From contig JBLIGW010000002.1 in the NCBI GenBank assembly GCA_047635955.1, positions 1 through 37,276 of the forward strand: a stretch of 37,276 bases of DNA. The letters run 5' to 3'. The translations under genes and the position numbers were made by a program. This document shows, in pieces, positions 33,737-37,276 of this stretch. This DNA is from Oceanicoccus sp. GTDB lineage: Bacteria; Patescibacteriota; Gracilibacteria; UBA1369; 2-02-FULL-48-14. The notes beneath the pieces are model-generated. The model searched no databases. It was not told the origin of the DNA and was given only the letters and a program-made list of their open reading frames with translations. Numbering within the stretch: position 1 is the first letter of the stretch; every line of letters begins with the position of its first letter.

Positions 33737-34213
33737 ATGCCAAAAAAAATCTCCATAAACGACTCCTATCAAAAGGGCCACTACTTCCTTGTTGAAGCTA
33801 TTGGAAAGAACTTTCAGACTGATTTTAAACCTGAATTGACGCCAAAAGAAATGTTGGAGCTTGGCGTTTTCAATGGTCAATATATTGCAGATGAACCAGA
33901 GGAGTTCCCTCAGTCCTGGTTCACAAACGTAAACAAATCAAACTGTTTTGGTATTGAGGCCTCCATGCCTCTTGAACACTGGCAAAAGAAAGGCTGGATT
34001 CACCCACAAGACCCTCGTGGATGGTTTCAATGGTACTGCCGCTATTATCTTGGTCGCCGTAGTGACGATGACCAAAGGCAAATTAAACGCTGGAAAGCCA
34101 TGACAAGGCACATTGGACAGATAAAAAAGAACTGCGAACCAAGAAACACCTACTGCCGACCAAAACAAAGACAAGCTCTGCTTCATTGGGCTTATGATTC
34201 ACGAAAAATTTAA
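33737..34213 (+). CDS. conserved-looking hypothetical cytoplasmic protein (158 aa)
   Basis: Intact ORF with distinctive motifs LTPKEMLELGVFNGQY and DPRGWFQWYCRYYLGRRSDDDQRQIKRW. I cannot name the family. Confidence 0.6.
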   Translation: MPKKISINDSYQKGHYFLVEAIGKNFQTDFKPELTPKEMLELGVFNGQYIADEPEEFPQSWFTNVNKSNCFGIEASMPLEHWQKKGWIHPQDPRGWFQWYCRYYLGRRSDDDQRQIKRWKAMTRHIGQIKKNCEPRNTYCRPKQRQALLHWAYDSRKI

Positions 34214-34224
34214 CCCCACTACCC

Positions 34225-34671
34225 ATGCAAGAATTCATAGCCCTTTTCATCTTCATCTCTGGCTTTGTACTTGGACTAGGCTCAGTAACCGTTATTGACC
34301 TACATGGCTTTCTCGGACGAAAATCAAAGTACTGGACTGAAGCCACAACACGCAGTCATAAAGTAACCAAACCACTTATCTGGTTAGGAATCGCACTCAC
34401 TGTCATAGGTGGAACCCTGTACTACAATGCTATTGGCACAAATCAGATCACAAATTTTCACGCTGTCATTGCTATTATGCTTATCTTAAATGGATGCTTT
34501 TTAAGCTTGAAGGTCAGCCCCTACATGATAAAACGTGAAGCAGAAGGGAAATCTGACGAACTTTTACCTATAAACTGGCAAAGGAAAATCACCGTCAGCT
34601 TCATTATTTCCTTCTTAGGATGGTGGTCCGCCTTGGCTTTACTCGTTTGGCAAATTACAATGAAGTCATGA
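34225..34671 (+). CDS. hypothetical four-helix membrane protein (148 aa)
   Basis: Intact ORF with four hydrophobic segments. ATGA overlap with the next gene. Confidence 0.6.
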   Translation: MQEFIALFIFISGFVLGLGSVTVIDLHGFLGRKSKYWTEATTRSHKVTKPLIWLGIALTVIGGTLYYNAIGTNQITNFHAVIAIMLILNGCFLSLKVSPYMIKREAEGKSDELLPINWQRKITVSFIISFLGWWSALALLVWQITMKS

Positions 34672-35840
34672 AAACACCTCACATCATCCTCATTGTTCTC
34701 GCCATCTTATTTACAGCATGGCTTGCTTGGGGCTATTTTTCCGTAGCCAGCGTAGAACAGCTCTCTTACACAGTGATAGATGACAGCAAAGAGTATGAAA
34801 TCCGGCAAATTGATGACCATATTGTTGCTGAAGTCACCGTCACTGGAAACTACAAAGACGCAAGCAATGAAGGGTTCATGAAAGTGGCTGACTATATTTT
34901 TGGAAACAACACGAGTAGTGACAAAGTAGCGATGACAACACCGGTCATCAATAGCGAAGACCTCTCCGAAAAAGTAGCCATGACAACACCTGTGATCAAT
35001 AGTGAAGACCTTGACTCAGAAACTCAGGTAATCGCCTTTGTTGTGCCTTCAAGTTACACAATAGACACACTACCAACTCCAAATAACGAGGAGGTTACTT
35101 TAAGAGAAGTCGAAGGCCAAAAAGTTGCTGTACTCAAGTTCACCTGGTGGGCTACATCCGAAAGAATGGAAAATAAAACTCAGGAGCTTATTGAATACTT
35201 AGAAAGAGATGGCTTGGAATACACAGCACTACAGACTGCACGGTACAACCCACCTTGGACACCTCCGTTCATGCTGCATAACGAAGTTTGGGCAACTATC
35301 ACAAGTAAAACCACTCAAGAAGTTATTTCTGAAATTCCAGAGAATGCAGAACTAGCCACCTTTGCCGGAGGATGTTTTTGGTGCATTGAGAATAGTTTCG
35401 ACAATCAGGATGGGGTTTATGAAGCAGTATCTGGATACGTAGGAGGCACAGAAAAAACTGCAAATTATACAGACGTATCAAATGGGCAGACCAAACACCG
35501 TGAAGCAATTCAAGTTTATTACGACCCAAGCCTCATAAGCTACAATCAACTCTTAGATTTATTCTGGAACCAAATAGATCCAACAGATAGTGAAGGTCAA
35601 TTCGTAGATAAAGGGTATCAATACACAAGCGCTATTTATACGCATTCAAATGAGCAAGCCGAGCAAGCCAATCAAAGCCTAGAAACGCTGCGTTTAAGTG
35701 AGAAATACGAAGAAGAAATTGCTACTGAAATACTAGCTTTCGAAGAAAATTTCTTCCTTGCCGAGGAGTACCACCAAGACTACGCAAAAAAACAGTCTGC
35801 TGCTTATACAAATTATAAGGATAATTCAGGACGAAAATAG
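34668..35840 (+). CDS. msrA: membrane-anchored SOUL/HEBP heme-binding-like domain fused to peptide-methionine (S)-S-oxide reductase MsrA
   Basis: N-terminal anchor MKTPHIILIVLAILFTAWLAWGYF. SOUL-like region with duplicated KVAMTTPV motif. C-terminal MsrA signature ATFAGGCFWCIE...SGYVGG...HREAIQVYYDP..ISY..LL..FW..IDPT...QF.DKGYQYTSAIY. Confidence 0.8.
   Translation: MKTPHIILIVLAILFTAWLAWGYFSVASVEQLSYTVIDDSKEYEIRQIDDHIVAEVTVTGNYKDASNEGFMKVADYIFGNNTSSDKVAMTTPVINSEDLSEKVAMTTPVINSEDLDSETQVIAFVVPSSYTIDTLPTPNNEEVTLREVEGQKVAVLKFTWWATSERMENKTQELIEYLERDGLEYTALQTARYNPPWTPPFMLHNEVWATITSKTTQEVISEIPENAELATFAGGCFWCIENSFDNQDGVYEAVSGYVGGTEKTANYTDVSNGQTKHREAIQVYYDPSLISYNQLLDLFWNQIDPTDSEGQFVDKGYQYTSAIYTHSNEQAEQANQSLETLRLSEKYEEEIATEILAFEENFFLAEEYHQDYAKKQSAAYTNYKDNSGRK
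34920..35015 (+). repeat. tandem 48-bp duplication inside the SOUL-like domain
   Basis: 34920-34967 and 34968-35015 encode DKVAMTTPVINSEDLS and EKVAMTTPVINSEDLD. About 40/48 nt are identical. The differences inside the shared 14 residues are synonymous; only the first and last codons of each unit change the residue (D/E and S/D). Confidence 0.85.
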
Positions 35841-35863
35841 ATTATTAAATAAACTCAGTAAAT

Positions 35864-36262
35864 ATGTACTGGAAAATTTACCTCATAGCTCTGCCCGTAT
35901 TCTTTGCAATCGACATGATTTGGCTGGGGCTAATTGCAAAAAAGTTTTACGCAAATCAAATTGGGTTCTTGCTTAGACCAGATGTAAATTGGACTGCTGC
36001 TATCTCTTTCTATTTATTGTTTATTGCAGGCTTAGTGGCTTTTGTTATCCACCCTGCCCTGTCAAAAACCTCACTAAAACACGCGCTACTATTTGGTGCA
36101 TTTTTTGGACTAATTACTTACGCAACTTACGACTTAACAAACCTAGCTACAATGAAAAACTGGCCACTCACCGTGACCATTGTAGATTTGATTTGGGGAG
36201 CCGTCCTTGCGTCTTCTGTTTCTTCAATTACCTACCTCATAGCAAATAAAATTGGCCTATGA
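35864..36262 (+). CDS. DUF2177 family membrane protein
   Basis: 132 aa. MYWKIYLIALPVFFAIDMIWLGLIAKKFY is a typical DUF2177 N-terminus as I recall it. Four helices. Confidence 0.6.
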   Translation: MYWKIYLIALPVFFAIDMIWLGLIAKKFYANQIGFLLRPDVNWTAAISFYLLFIAGLVAFVIHPALSKTSLKHALLFGAFFGLITYATYDLTNLATMKNWPLTVTIVDLIWGAVLASSVSSITYLIANKIGL

Positions 36263-37026
36263 CCTACCTCATAATTCTTGCGACTACTCTTTGGGTATAC
36301 ATGAGCCTATGGTTTCTAGTTTCATTAATAAGAAAAAGAAATGACGTCGCAGATCTAGCCTGGGGCCTAGGATTTGTACTGATGGCCTGGCTAGCTTTAT
36401 ACCTCTCTCCTGAACCAAGCCTTCGTGGAGTCTTACTTGGCGCATTAACAAGTCTTTGGGGTTTACGCTTGGCTTGGCACATTCACTCTAGAAACAAAGG
36501 TAAATCGGAAGACTACCGTTATCTTGCATGGCGAAAGCAATGGGGCAAATGGTTCTACCTGCGATCATATGGACAAGTCTATTTATTACAAGGCTTGCTT
36601 CTGTTTCTCATCTCTTTGCCCATACTATTAAGTAACAAGAATCCAAACCAAGCCCTCGGAGTGTTAGAAATCATTGGCGTTTTAGTCTGGACATTTGGAT
36701 TCGCATTTGAAGTAATTGGAGATGCTCAGCTAAAAAAATTCATCAAGAATAAAAAGAATAAAGGAAAAATAATTCAAAGTGGACTGTGGCAATACACAAG
36801 ACACCCAAACTACTTCGGAGAAGTCACACTTTGGTGGGGTATATGGATCATTGCCTTATCAGTTGATCAAGGCTGGATTGGCCTAATTGGCCCACTTACC
36901 ATTACATTCTTGATCCTTAAAGTTTCAGGAGTTCCCATGTTAGAAAAAAGACTGGAAAAAAAACCTGGATTCGAAACATACAAAAAACGAGTCAGTAGGT
37001 TCATACCAATGCCTCCAAGGAAATAG
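36259..37026 (+). CDS. DUF1295 / steroid 5-alpha-reductase-like membrane protein
   Basis: 255 aa. C-terminal SGLWQYTRHPNYFGEVTLWWG motif. ATGA overlap with the DUF2177 gene. Confidence 0.75.
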   Translation: MTYLIILATTLWVYMSLWFLVSLIRKRNDVADLAWGLGFVLMAWLALYLSPEPSLRGVLLGALTSLWGLRLAWHIHSRNKGKSEDYRYLAWRKQWGKWFYLRSYGQVYLLQGLLLFLISLPILLSNKNPNQALGVLEIIGVLVWTFGFAFEVIGDAQLKKFIKNKKNKGKIIQSGLWQYTRHPNYFGEVTLWWGIWIIALSVDQGWIGLIGPLTITFLILKVSGVPMLEKRLEKKPGFETYKKRVSRFIPMPPRK

Positions 37027-37036
37027 TATCTGCATG

Positions 37037-37078
37037 ACCCTTCCCAACCTGACTAAACACATGGTTGAAGATGTATAT
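37037..37078. repeat. 42-nt imperfect direct repeat, copy B
   Basis: ACCCTTCCCAACCTGACTAAACACATGGTTGAAGATGTATAT matches 33674-33715 at 37/42. Starts 11 nt after the DUF1295 stop. Confidence 0.7.
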
Positions 37079-37195
37079 GTAGTAGAGAAAGCGGTGGGTT
37101 AGACCCGATACGCACCGGGTACAAGACCCTCATCAACAACGTCCTGATGTGTGATTTTCATAGTCAATTCACCCTATTTACGCGTAGCCACAGGA

Positions 37196-37224
37196 TTGAC
37201 ACAATGTAGCCACATTGATACAAT
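37196..37224 (+). promoter_or_regulatory. near-consensus sigma70-type promoter TTGACA-17 nt-TACAAT
   Basis: -35 at 37196-37201 and -10 at 37219-37224, 24 nt upstream of ATG 37249. Embedded in a tandem repeat (37184-37205 / 37206-37224). Confidence 0.45.
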
Positions 37225-37248
37225 ATAAACACATTTAACAGTTTACAG

Positions 37249-37276
37249 ATGAACCGAAAAGAAAAACTCCTTGAGA
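37249..37276 (+). CDS. start of an unidentified gene running off the window (MNRKEKLLE...)
   Basis: ATG downstream of the strong promoter-like element. Only 9 codons are visible. Confidence 0.25.

Noticed and set aside
37100-37162. 20-codon minus-strand ORF (MKITHQDVVDEGLVPGAYRV) and small GGGT...ACCC hairpins between repeat copy B and the terminal promoter
   Set aside because: The ORF is too short, has no SD and no conservation evidence. The hairpins are only 4-5 bp. No tRNA-like T-loop or other RNA signature is present.
1-37276. CRISPR arrays, rRNA, tmRNA/RNase P/SRP RNA, integrase/transposase/reverse transcriptase, toxin-antitoxin pairs or known defence-system genes
   Set aside because: No regularly spaced repeats were seen, and none of the conserved RNA signatures I know (for example GAGGAAAGUCC for RNase P, or the tmRNA termini). 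No ORF has recombinase, RT, nuclease-helicase or typical TA motifs. Absence by eye is not proof; an HMM or covariance-model scan should confirm it.

Overview
37.3-kb window from a low-GC bacterial genome. Spot counts of 60-nt stretches mostly give 40-48% GC. It is densely coded under the standard genetic code: TGA ends genes in ATGA overlaps at 102-105, 22055-22058 and 34668-34671, and the single tRNA is tRNA-Trp(CCA). I found no rRNA, CRISPR array, integrase, transposase, reverse transcriptase or recognisable defence gene. Recognisable content, in order: cell-envelope genes (O-antigen-ligase-like protein, two SLH-domain proteins, two GT2 glycosyltransferases, lipoproteins); a minus-strand block of flavodoxin plus 2-oxoacid:ferredoxin oxidoreductase alpha and beta subunits; an OmpR/histidine-kinase pair; an RRM RNA-binding protein; a Fur/PerR-Dps-peroxiredoxin cluster; a CsoR-CopA copper locus with several uncharacterised accessory genes; two tandem ATP-grasp ligases; and a five-gene membrane and oxidative-repair block containing a SOUL-MsrA fusion. 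No complete new multi-gene system can be demonstrated from sequence alone. The best leads are: (1) a 106-nt multi-hairpin RNA element closed by a 17-bp helix that is perfect only on the transcribed strand, between a lipoprotein gene and the GT2 pair (13182-13287); (2) perfect 63-bp direct repeats bracketing a 1.6-kb three-gene segment beside tRNA-Trp, plus a dispersed motif that starts with the tRNA 3'-terminal 10-11 nt, with an AT-rich gene and decayed genes nearby; (3) the tandem RimK-like and amino-acid-ligase-like ATP-grasp pair with no visible substrate gene; (4) a 42-nt imperfect repeat pair flanking the SOUL-MsrA/DUF2177/DUF1295 block. All family names come from motif recognition by eye, not database searches.
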